A program made the position numbers and the translations under genes. Below the pieces are notes generated by a model. That model was given only the letters and a program-made list of their open reading frames with translations, had not been told where the DNA came from and searched no databases. Below, piece by piece: positions 25,301 to 36,048 of a stretch of 64,000 nucleotides of DNA (position 1 is the first letter of the stretch; each line of letters starts with the position of its first letter). Origin of the DNA: Azolla caroliniana (lineage: Eukaryota > Plantae > Polypodiophyta); the NCBI GenBank assembly GCA_043228905.1, contig JBHGNT010000010.1, forward strand, positions 5,704,001 to 5,768,000. The letters are read 5' to 3'.

Positions 25301-26672
25301 CTCTTTATCTGTCTTTGTCTCTTCGCAGATCCATCGTTGTCGACCTTGTCTTACTGTCTTCGTTCATCCTAGCCGTCGTCCCCAGTCATCTCCATTGTTC
25401 AGCACGAATGGCCTTGTCTTTCTAGCTGTCCGGTTGTCGTCCCAATCGTTTTCGGTCCGGCCATCATTGTTGTCGATTTCTTCGTCATTCCGATTGTCGC
25501 TATGATTATTTCTTTTTTTTGTTATCATGGCCATTTCCAACACATTGTGGTCACCATTTCTTGCACATTACCGATTTGATTTGCCACACATCATCAATTC
25601 AATTTCTCGCACATCATCGTCATCATTATCTCACATTTCGTTGTATTTGTCTCTACCACGTATTAGTCTTCTTCGACTTCGTCTCGAAAGGGGGGTCGCC
25701 TTAGTGGTCGCCAAATAGTGTTGTACGTTTTAGGGTTAGGGTTAATGGTAATGATGATTATCGATGACGAAGATAGAAATGGTGGAATAGTGAAGATGGA
25801 CATGGTGATGGAGAGTATGATGGTGAGAGAGATCATGTAGAGAAGCATTGTGGGGTGGGGGGTGGTGCCTAGAATGGCTCCACCCCCCTCCCATGGGGAT
25901 TCAACGTTAAAGGGGAGAGAGAGAGAGAGAGAGAGATGACAAAGAGAGACGGGAAGATAAAGAAGCAAATGAAACAACGTGGACAGAAAGGAAAACGAGG
26001 GAAAAAGAAAGAAGAATAGAAACGAACAAGAAGAAAGAAAAAGTAAACCTGGCAGCGGGAAAGAAGAAAACGGAGAAGAGGAAGCAAAGAATGATATCAG
26101 AGACAGGAAAAAGAAGAAGAAGAAGAAGAGAGAACCATAGGAATTTCGAAACTACTTTCGAAAAAAAGAAAAACCTAAGGGCATTGTTGGAATTATAAAA
26201 ACATGAGGGTACATGATACAATTTTCAAAATCCAAGGGCATTGTCATTGGTTTAGAAAATTTCAGGCTACAATGCTTAAATTTAAAAACTCATCCACCTA
26301 AAGAAATGGACGTGATCGACCACGGCAACTCACAAAATCAACAAAAGGAAGATACACATACACACAACATTTTGGGACCCATGACGAAGTTCGTAAGTCG
26401 ACAGAACGAGAATGTTCGTGTCGCGGAAGATTTGCTGACCAACAAAGATGTTCGAGTCAAGCACTCCGATCGAGGGAGTCGATCGTTGAAAGGACCGATG
26501 GAAGTTCCGGTCGAAGAAATATCATCATCAAGGCATGTGGGATCGACATGCAAGGCACTCTCCCACGGGTGTGCCATATTGTGTTACCCCGTACAAGATG
26601 TACGGAGAGTCAATGTGATGAGCGAGGGTCAAATGTTATCATGATGATTGTTGTGTGTGTAGGGGGCATAAA

Positions 26673-26865
26673 TGTAATTGTGAGTCGATATGTATGTGAA
26701 CACATGCACATGTGTGTGCATGTGGATGGATACGAGGAGGTGTGAGTGAGTGTCCACTATGAATGCTCTAGGGGGCTTACACCCCTTTGTATCTACCCCC
26801 TCTTGTACTATTTAACTCCTTATGGGGAATGAATGAAACAAGAATAATCATTTTTCTCTCTCAAC

Positions 26866-26898
<33 letters not shown>

Positions 26899-27116
26899 TC
26901 TTCCCTTTCCCTTATGTTGAACCCCCTTGGGAGGGGGGTGGAGCCCTTCTAGGCACCACCCCCCACCCCACAATGCTTCTCTATGCTTCTCTATATGATC
27001 TCTCTCACCATCATACTCTCCATCACCATGGACTCTATCTTCATTACCAATCATCATAATTATCACCAATAATCAATCATGATTATCATTAACCCTAACC
27101 CTAAAATCATACAACA
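26673..27116 (+). mobile_element. LTR (444 bp) preceded by a PPT (AGGGGGCATAAA) and followed by a tRNA-Arg-type PBS; inverted partial copy at 25719-25935
   Basis: TGTAATTG...ATACAACA termini. 25704-25935 is the diverged reverse complement of ~26865-27131. Confidence 0.7.
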
Positions 27117-27121
27117 CCTTT

Positions 27122-27160
27122 TGGCGACCACGATGGGATTCGAACCCACGACCTTTGGAT
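27122..27160 (-). other. 39-nt copy of the 3' half of a mature tRNA (probably tRNA-Arg), including CCA
   Basis: The minus strand reads ATCCAA AGGTC GTGGG TTCGAAT CCCAT CGTGGTC G CCA. This maps to the anticodon-stem 3' strand, variable loop, T arm, acceptor strand, discriminator and CCA. Confidence 0.8.
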
Positions 27161-28905
27161 ATCATGTCTCCGCCATCGGAAGCCTGATGTACGCAAAGTT
27201 GTGTACCCGGCTGGATATCATATATGTAGTCGTAGTGGTCAGCCGTTTCATGAGCAATCCGGGAAGAGAACACTGGATCGTGGTCAAGTGGATACTCTGG
27301 TACTTGAAAGGTACCTCGAGTATGTGCCTCCGATTCGGCTCAAGAAAACCCTAACTTGAAGGATTCACGGATTTGGATATGTCGATTGATGCGGATACCA
27401 GCCGGTCTACATCCGGGTATGTCATGACTTATGCAGGGGGAGTCGTATCGTGGTAGTCGAGGTTGCAAAAGTCCGTTGCACTATCGACAACAGAAGTGGA
27501 CTACATGGCGGTCGTGGAAGCCGATAAAGAGGTAATCTGGATGAAGGACTTCATCAAAGAGTTAGGGATGTCATCCACCTCGCGAAGAACGTGGCCTACC
27601 ACTCACCGACCAAGCACATCTAGAGGAGATATCACTGGCTCCGGGAGAAGGTGGAAGATAAAGAGTTCTTGCTGACGAATATCCATACGGAGGCGAACAG
27701 GTTGGACATGCTGAACAAGTTGTTGTTAGTTGACAAGCTAGACGTGTGTAGGAGACGGGTAGGATTGACAAGACATCCCATGCCACAGTGAAGGGGGAGC
27801 TTGTTGGGAATTTGGTCCCTCCAGATGAGAATCGGAGGAACCGAACCAGATAGATCCAGAAGGTATATGGATGGATCCGGTGTGAACTGGATCCAGGGAC
27901 ATATCTGTAAATATGTTTCTAGAGTGCCTATCAAGGCCATATATGTAAATATTCGTAAAGTCATATAAGTATAAATATGACTTAGGGCAATCACTTATGC
28001 AAGGGGGTTGTTGTTATCATTGTATAGAGATACAACGATATATGAGAGAGAGAGAGAGATAGATAGATAACTTGTTTTCTATTGTAATCGCCGGTTGGCG
28101 AAGGCATAAAGCTCGAGGTCGTCGCCTCTGAGTCTCGCAATTGTACCCCTTTCTCTTATAGTGATATTTGGAGTCTGTAGGCTCCCGTGGCTTTTCCCTA
28201 TTAGGGTTTTCTAGGTAAACATCTTGTGTCCTCTCTCTTCTATGTAAGTGTATTAACCACCATTTCTATTTTTTGTTCTTCCATTGAGTGATTAAGACTC
28301 GGTTGTGGCCTATCACCATTCCGCACACCAACTACGTGTAATGATTGTGTTGCAACAATCATACTAACAATCACACTACATTGATTCAGCGAAGTCACTG
28401 GCATGCACTAAGGTGAACTCATTCACTAAGAGTTGAAATCATTCACAATCTATTAATCGCACGCACTAATTTCATTCACCTCAAACACAATCAAACCATT
28501 CAAAAAGAGTTTGCATTCTCGATCATTCACTAAGAACTGAAATCATTCTCGAACTAAATCATTGAAGAAGAGCTGAAGTCATTCACTTCATTCATGTGCA
28601 TTATCAATCACTGTTGAGAATCAAGCTCAACCTAGCCTAGTGTGTGAACACACACCCTTGAGAGTGTATGAACACTCAAAGGTCAAAAGTCACACCACTA
28701 CTCTTTACACATTAACTATGTGTCATAGAATCATATTCTATGACACATAACTAATGAGTTTCCACATTCCCCGTGACTCATGAGCTTCGGTAGTTAATGA
28801 AGAGAGAGAGAGACTATATAAAGCACTCTCCTCCTACTTTGTAATATGACGGTTATCTCCTTTGTAATATACAATCTTCTTGAGTATTTTCTATTACCTA
28901 TCTTG

Positions 28906-28962
<57 letters not shown>

Positions 28963-31310
28963 ATACACATCTCTAACCTATTCCGATGCACAAGAATCAC
29001 CATCATTTGTTTTCATGGTATTAGAGTGATTTGATAGCTTGGTCTAGCCCACTCGTAACCATGTGTTGTGTCTACCCCGACAATTCAAAGAAATCTGGCT
29101 CATCGCTATCGTAGTGCCGCTACATAGCTCATATTCAAGAGAGAAGAAGAAGGAAGACATCTACATCGAACACCATGAATACTCAAATGGGGACCGCTCT
29201 CCCTAGCGAGAATTTGGACCGAAACAACTTCGCATCTTGGGAGTACAAGATGCACCAATACCTTGTCGATCAAGGTTATTGGAGCTACATCAAAGGAGCA
29301 CAAGAAAATCGACCCGACCCAAAGGACACTGACTACTCAACATGGGAGCAAGTGGCAAGTCGAATAATGTATTGCTTGGCGACATGTGTTCATGATCATA
29401 TGCTCGGCTACATTAGAGAAGCCAAGATGCCAAAGGAAGTGTGGGAGAATCTACGAAATATTTTCGCTGCCAACACAACTGCGAGAAAGCTTCAACTTTG
29501 CCAAGAGTTGAACAACATCCAACAATAGGACATGTTCATCACAAGCTACACCTTGAAGATCAAGGAGCTTTGTGACTTGCTCGGCTCAATAAGCGTCAAT
29601 GTGGATGATGATGAGATGGTGCCAATATGCCTCGGCGGTCTTGCACCACGGTTCGACGCGATGAGAACCGTTGTCCTAGCAAGGGAGAATCCTCCCTCAT
29701 TATTCGATCTTCAAGCCATGTTGTTGGTTGAAGAAAACCATGTTCGAACAAGGAGCAACACCTCGGAAGGCCACATGCTCTACACACATTCGAATGGAGG
29801 AAGAGGACATAACCGAGCAAGAGGCCGATTCAGCCAAGGACAAGGCGAACGAGGTCCGACTTACGATAACAACTCCCAATTACAGCAACAAGACGGAAGC
29901 TATTGAGGAACCTTCAGAAGAAGGGGGAGTGTCAAGACTGAGAGAGAGAAAGAGAGAGAAAAAGAGATAGAGAGATAATTGAAAGAGAATTATTATATTG
30001 AAGCGTAAAATGGATTACAAAGAGTAGGCTACAAAATGGCGTTGAACCAATTTAGGTTTGGGATGGGTGGTAGATCCCTATTTATAAGTAATAGAGAACT
30101 CTCTAGAATATTCTAGGTTATCCTAGAATGTAGAGTAATCTAGAAGATCTCTAGAGTATTCTAGAAGGTTCTAGTGGTATAGAACACTCTAGAATATTCT
30201 AGGTCATTCTAGAATGTAGAGTAATATAGAATATTCCTATGATATTAGATTTCATATTCTAGAGACTATACATATAAGAATATTAATACAATGGTTAAGG
30301 ATTTGACATGTGTACAACAGGGTCGTGGGTTCAAATCCTTTCGAGTCATAATGTGAGTGTCATGATCCTTTCGATGCATAATGTGACTGTTATCATGACA
30401 CTATCCCCCTTCTTCGACGACACGTCTCACGGGTCGTAGGGTTTGTATTAGGACCTGGTTTACAAGGATATTGGCGATGAAATGCATTGACGAGTTCTGC
30501 AGCATTGGAAAGATTTGTGGCAGGTTCCCAAGTTCGATCATTGGGGGTATAGCCTAGCCAATCGACCAAGTAATACAACTTGTTGCGCACGATTTTAGAA
30601 TCGAGAACGGCAGCAACTTCAAATTCAGGCCCGTCCAAGAACTCGATGGTGGGGGTGTCGTAAGACGGCCCGGAATTGAACTTGTAGTATAAGGTTCCAA
30701 AAGGGATACATGAAACACCGGATGAAGATGCATGTGCGGAGGGAGGTCAAGACGAAATGCAACATCACTTATCTTACCAGTGATCATGTAAGGGCCAAAA
30801 CGTTGGTAATCCAATTTACTGCAAGGTCGAGTGGTCTTGATGTTGTGTTGGAGAAGCCATACATGATCCCCAATGCGGAACTTTTTTGAGGAGTCTAGAC
30901 GATGACGATCGGCAAGCCTCTTGTGTGTAAATTGAGCATCGTGCAAATTGTGGAGAATGTTAGCTTGAATTTCTTGGAGGCGACTAAGACGATCCTCGGC
31001 AGCAGGGTTGGTAGGAACTTCTGGATGCGCATTCATCGTCCATCGAGGATGACAGCCCGTATTTGCGAAAAATGGGGAATATCCTGTAGAAGAATGGGTT
31101 GAGTTGTTGTAAGCGAATTCCGCCAAGTGCAAAAATGCAACCCAATCATCTTGTTGATAGTTGATGAAACAACGAAGATATTGTTCCAATGTCTGGTTGG
31201 TACGCTCTGTTTGGCCATTTGTTTCAGGATGATAGCCCTGTTGGGATTTCGGTCCCTCCGGATGGGATGTCCGGAGATGAATGACGGCAAGCCCGGTTGC
31301 GGTTACGGTG

Positions 31311-31460
31311 CCGGATGATGAAGACCCCGGCTACGGAGCCGGATGATGAAGACCCCGGCTACGGTGCCGGATGATGAAGACCCCGGCTACGGAGCCGGAT
31401 GATGAATACCCCGGCTACGGAGCCGGATGCTGAAGACCCCGGTTACGGAGCCGGATGACG
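31311..31460 (+). repeat. 28-bp tandem repeat in the 5' LTR U3 region (5 copies; 7 copies at 36131-36336 in the 3' LTR)
   Basis: Unit CCGGATGATGAAGACCCCGGCTACGGAG. The 56-bp LTR length difference equals two units. Confidence 0.92.
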
Positions 31461-31974
31461 AATGTACCCGGAGGGAGATCCGGATGCGGGGACATATTTG
31501 TGAATATGTTTGCCAAGAGCCCTTGAGGCTATATTTGTAAATAGCCCGAAAGTCATATGTGTATAAATATGACTTAGGGCAAACAGTTTATGTTGCTGCT
31601 TATTTTTCTGTTTTTCCACTCAAGGGGAGTGAAGAGAGAGTAGCCGTGAGAGAGAGAGAGAGATAGAGCGTGAGAGACGAAGAGGTAGACGCCTCTGTGT
31701 ATTTCCGCCGCCTGTGGCGAGGACAGCGAGCTCAAGGTCGTCGCCTTGCAGCTCGCCATTGTATACTTCTCTGTATAGTGTTTGGTTTGGAGTCTTGTAC
31801 TCCCGTGGTTTTTCCCGTCTAGGGTTTTCCACGTAAAACATCCAGTGTACCCTTCTCTCTATTGTTTTCGTGCATTGTTGTATTTCCCGTTTTCTGTGAA
31901 TCGATCCAGTTCCTCGGTTGTGGCCGAGCACGGAATTTCGACAAAGTGGTATCAGAGCGACGGTAACACAGAAA

Positions 31975-34900
31975 ATGGAAGGCGGCAGCAGCGGGCAGCC
32001 GGGGATGATGGTGCTGAATGCGCAGAACTACGTCGACTGGAAGATAAAGATGGAGGATCTGCTCATTGTTCGGGACCTGTATGAACCGATCGACAGGTCG
32101 GAAATACCCAAGGGGGTACTTGAGACGGAGTGGAGGCTTCTGAACCGGAAAGCCGTTGCAACCATTCGGCAATACGTCGACGTGAGCGTTCTACAACACG
32201 TGGCGAACGACACCAACGCATATGAGATGTGGAGGAAGCTGTCGGGCCTCTACGAGAGGAAGAATGCGTTGAACCGAACCTCCCTGATGAGAAAGATAGT
32301 GAACCTCAAGTATCGGGACGGCGAGAGTATGGTGGAACACGTAAGCACGTTCATGGGATTCGTGAACCAGCTTGCGGCGATCAAGTTCCCGTTGGAGGAT
32401 GCAATGCAAGCCATCATTCTGATGTGTACATTGCCGGAAAGCTGGGAGAACTTGGTGGTGACTCTCAGCACCTCCTGCACCGAAGATAACTTGTCTCTAC
32501 AAACGGTAAAGACAAGCATTTTGAACGAAGAAGCGCGTCGGAGAGATAAAGAACCGGCCTCCGACTCGAAGGCGCTGCTTACCGAATCGGATCGGGGAAG
32601 ACAATGGAACCGGAGTCCGCAAAGACGGGAGAAGTCGGGGACCCGGTCGCAGTCAAGAGGAAGGCCCACATGCTTCCACTGTGGGAAGCCGGGGCACTTC
32701 CGGAAGAATTGTCGGCATTACCGAAAGGACAACGGAGCCGACGACACCGATTCGAAGAAGTCACCGGAGAGAAACGGTGCATACCGGGGAGCCACGGACC
32801 GGAGAGGTCCGGATCGGCGAGGGCAGGACCGGAAAGGAACGACGGCACTCGCGGCAAGTGAAGAAGAGATAATGCTCATTACCGAAGAGAGGGAGCTGAA
32901 CCTTGCCGGTGTAGAGATGACCTGGGTGGTCGATTCCGGAGCGTCGTTCCACCTGACCCCGGAGAAGAAATACTTCTCATCCTACACAGCCGGTGAGCAT
33001 GGCTGTGTCCGGATGGGAAATGAAGGCACATGCCGGATTGCCGGCATAGGAGACGTGTGGCTGATGACATCAACCGGATGCAAGATGCTGCTGAAGGATG
33101 TGCGACACGTTCCGGAAGTCCGATTGAACCTGATCTCGGCCGGGAGGCTAGATGATGAAGGCTACACGGGTAGCATCCGGAACGGTGTCATGAAGTTCAG
33201 CAAGGGGAGCCTGATAGTGGCTCGGGCCCGGAAGGTCAACACACTGTACCTGATGAACTCCCGGCTATGTCCGTAAGAGCTGAATGTGGCAGCCGACACT
33301 GCCGGTGAGCTGTGGCACAAAAGACTGTGCCACATGAGTGAGAAGGGGATGAAGAGGCTTGCAGAAGACAACCTTATCCCAGTGAAGCATGTGCACCTGG
33401 AAAAGTGCACCGATTGCCTGGCCGGTAAGCAGAACCGAACCTCCTTCCACTCAAGGCCACCGACGAGACGTAGCGCACCATTGGAGTTGGTGCACACCGA
33501 TGTGTGTCAGGTAGAAACGAAGTCACATGGCGGAGCCCAGTACTTCGTAACATTCATAGATGATCATAGCCGAAGACTGTGGACGGCACCGATGAAGACA
33601 AAGGACCAAGTGTTGTCCGTCTTCAAAGAACTCCACGCGAGAGTGGAAAGAGAATCCGGCAAGAAGCTGAAAGCGATACGAGCGGATAACGGAGGGGAAT
33701 ACCGGGGGCAGTTCCAGGAGTACTGTCGCTCGAAGGGGATCCGGCTCGAGTTTACTGTGCCGAAGACGCCGGAACTGAACGGGCTGGCCGAGAGGATGAA
33801 CCGGACCATAATGGAGAGGGTCTGGAGTATGTTGGCGCATGCGAAATTACCCAAGGGGTTTTGGGCTGAGGCAATGTCGACGGCGACGTATGTGATAAAT
33901 AGATCACCCTCAGTACCTTTGGACGGAGACACGCCGCAGAAAGTGTGGACCGGTAAGGAAGTGTCCTACCGGCATCTGAAGGTGTTCGGGTGTCTCGCAT
34001 ACGTGCATGTGGCAAAGGACCGGAGAGGAAAGCTAGATCCAAAGACCCGGCCATGCATATTCCTCGGTTACGGCGACGACGAGTTCGGCTACCGAGTATG
34101 GGACCCGGTCGACAAGAAGATATTCAGGAGTCGAGATATCATCTTCATGGAGAACAAGACACTCGCCGACTGGGAGTCGGAGAAGAAGATGAAGAGCTCC
34201 AAGTCGACCGGTGAGGATCAACTCTACGAGGAGCAGTCCCGACCGGCAAGGGACCGGTTAGCTCTCGAGGATCCGGCCGAAGACGGTGAAGAAACAGAAC
34301 CGGCCGAAGAAGATGAAAATGATACCGGAACCGGCCCCGATCCCGAAATGGATTCGGATGAAGAAGAATCGGAAGAACCGGTTACCGAAGCTCCGGAACG
34401 GAGATATCCTCTAAGAGAGAGAAGGGCCCCCCGGAGATTTCCGGAACCAGAGCACGTGCTGCTAACCGACGAGGGGGAGCCGGAGAGCTTTGAAGAAGCA
34501 AAGCATGACACCCAGAGCCGCAGGTGGTTGAGTGCCATGCAGGACGAGATGGATTCCCTGCATGAGAACCACACATATGAACTTGTGGAGTTGCCGAAAG
34601 GAAAGCGGGCACTTCGAAACAAGTGGGTGTTCAAGCTGAAACCGGGAGATGCCGGAAACCCCCCGAGATACAAAGCCAGGATCGTGGTGAAGGGGTTTCA
34701 GCAGAAGAAGGGCGTCGACTTCGACGAGATATTTGCCCCGGTAGTGAAGATGACCTCCATCCGGACGGTGCTGAGCATAGCGGCAAGCATGGACCTCGAG
34801 GTAGAACAGATGGACGTGAAGACGGCATTCCTTCACGGTGACCTCGAAGAAGAGATCTACATGCAGCAACCGGAAGGATTCGAGAAGAAAGGGAAGGAGC

Positions 34901-36048
34901 ACCTGGTATGCCGGTTGAAGAAGAGCCTTTACGGACTGAAGCAGGCTCCCCGGCAATGGTACCGGAAGTTCGACTCCTTCATGACCGACGAAGGGTACCA
35001 CAAAACGCAGTCCGATCACTGCGTGTTTGTGAAGAAGTTCGAAGGAGGAGACTTTCTAATACTCCTCCTATACGTGGACGACATGTTGATCGTCGGACGG
35101 GACCAGGTCAAGATACGGATGCTGAAGAAGGCTCTTCACCGAACCTTCTCAATGAAGGACCTGGGTCCGGCGAGGCAAATACTAGGGATGCACATCATCC
35201 GGGACCGGAAGAAGAAGCAGTTGTGGCTGTCACAGGAGAAGTACGTGACAAAGGTGCTTCACCGGTTCAACATGTCGGAAGCAAGACCGGTCGGGTCAAC
35301 CCTCCCGGCAAACTACAAGTTGTCCAGCAAGCAGAGCCCCAAGACAAAGGCTGAGAAGGAGGACATGATGAAAGTACCATATGCCTCTGCCGTCGGAAGC
35401 TTGATGTACGCAATGGTGTGTACAAGACCGGACATAGGATACGCAGTCGGAGTGGTGAGCCGGTACATGAGCAATCCCGGCAAAGACCACTGGAACGCGG
35501 TCAAGTGGATACTCCGATACCTGAAGGGCACGGCAAACGTGTGCCTCCGATTCGGCTCCGGTAAGCCCGAACTCGACGGCTTTACCGATTCGGATATGTC
35601 GGCTGATGAAGATACCAGTCGGTCCACATCAGGGTATGTGATGACGTATGCAGGGGGAGCTGTTTCGTGGCAGTCGAGGCTGCAGAAGACGGTTGCGTTG
35701 TCAACCACGGAGGCGGAGTACATGGCGGCTGTTGAAGCCGGCAAGGAAATAATATGGATGAAGGACTTCATTAGAGAGCTCGGTATCCGGCAAGAGGAGT
35801 ACCGACTCTACTGCGACAGTCAGAGTGCCATCCACCTTGCGAAGAACGCGGCCTATCACTCCCGGACGAAGCACATCCAGCGAAGATATCACTGGATCCG
35901 GGAAAGGATAGAAGACCAGGAGTTCATGCTGACGAAGATCCACACGGAAGAGAACGGGTCAGATATGCTGACCAAAGTGCTCACACCCGACAAGCTGGAA
36001 GCGTGCCGGAAGAGGGTCGGATTGGAGAGACATCCCATGCCGAAGTGA
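31975..36048 (+). pseudogene. Copia gag-pol polyprotein in a single frame with one premature TAA (33274-33276)
   Basis: ORFs 31918-33276 and 33286-36048 are in the same frame. Motifs: CFHCGKPGHFRKNC, WVVDSGASFH, LWHKRLCHMS, VHTDVC, YVDD, FTDSD. Confidence 0.92.

Larger units (their letters stand above)
24390..27164. mobile_element. Composite non-coding insertion: short LTR-like start, Met PBS (24468-24480), CCGG-rich non-coding body, PPT, and two inverted LTR copies of a second family
   Basis: Begins TG and ends CA, with TGTCTC duplicated at 24384-24389 and 27165-27170. The host RT frame (..SYVSAIGSLMYA..) rejoins across it. Confidence 0.7.
22405..28330 (+). mobile_element. Decayed copia C, same family; integrase-RT-RNase H, interrupted by an insertion at 24390-27164; 3' LTR 27802-~28330
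   Basis: Homology to the intact pol (ORFs 22940, 23382, 24154, 27079, 27463). PPT GAAGGGGGAGC precedes TGTTGGGAATTTGGTCCCTCC. Confidence 0.88.

Noticed and set aside
24639-25505. Several overlapping 90-180 aa ORFs
   Set aside because: They arise from low-complexity, A-poor TCCGGCC repeats that lack stop codons, and they show no domain signature.
26160-26291. Mutator-like TIR fragment within the composite insertion
   Set aside because: It only resembles a TIR in composition. No partner TIR or TSD is present in the window.
27122-27160. Functional tRNA gene
   Set aside because: Only the 3' half is present, CCA is encoded, and it abuts an LTR.
31311-31460. 28-bp repeats as a CRISPR-like array
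   Set aside because: They are head-to-tail repeats with no unique spacers, inside a eukaryotic LTR.
33274-33276. In-frame TAA in the young copia as programmed stop-codon readthrough
   Set aside because: It lies after the protease, not at the gag/pol boundary. The sister copy has GAA at this codon (~16831), so it is most simply a G>T nonsense mutation or a sequencing error.
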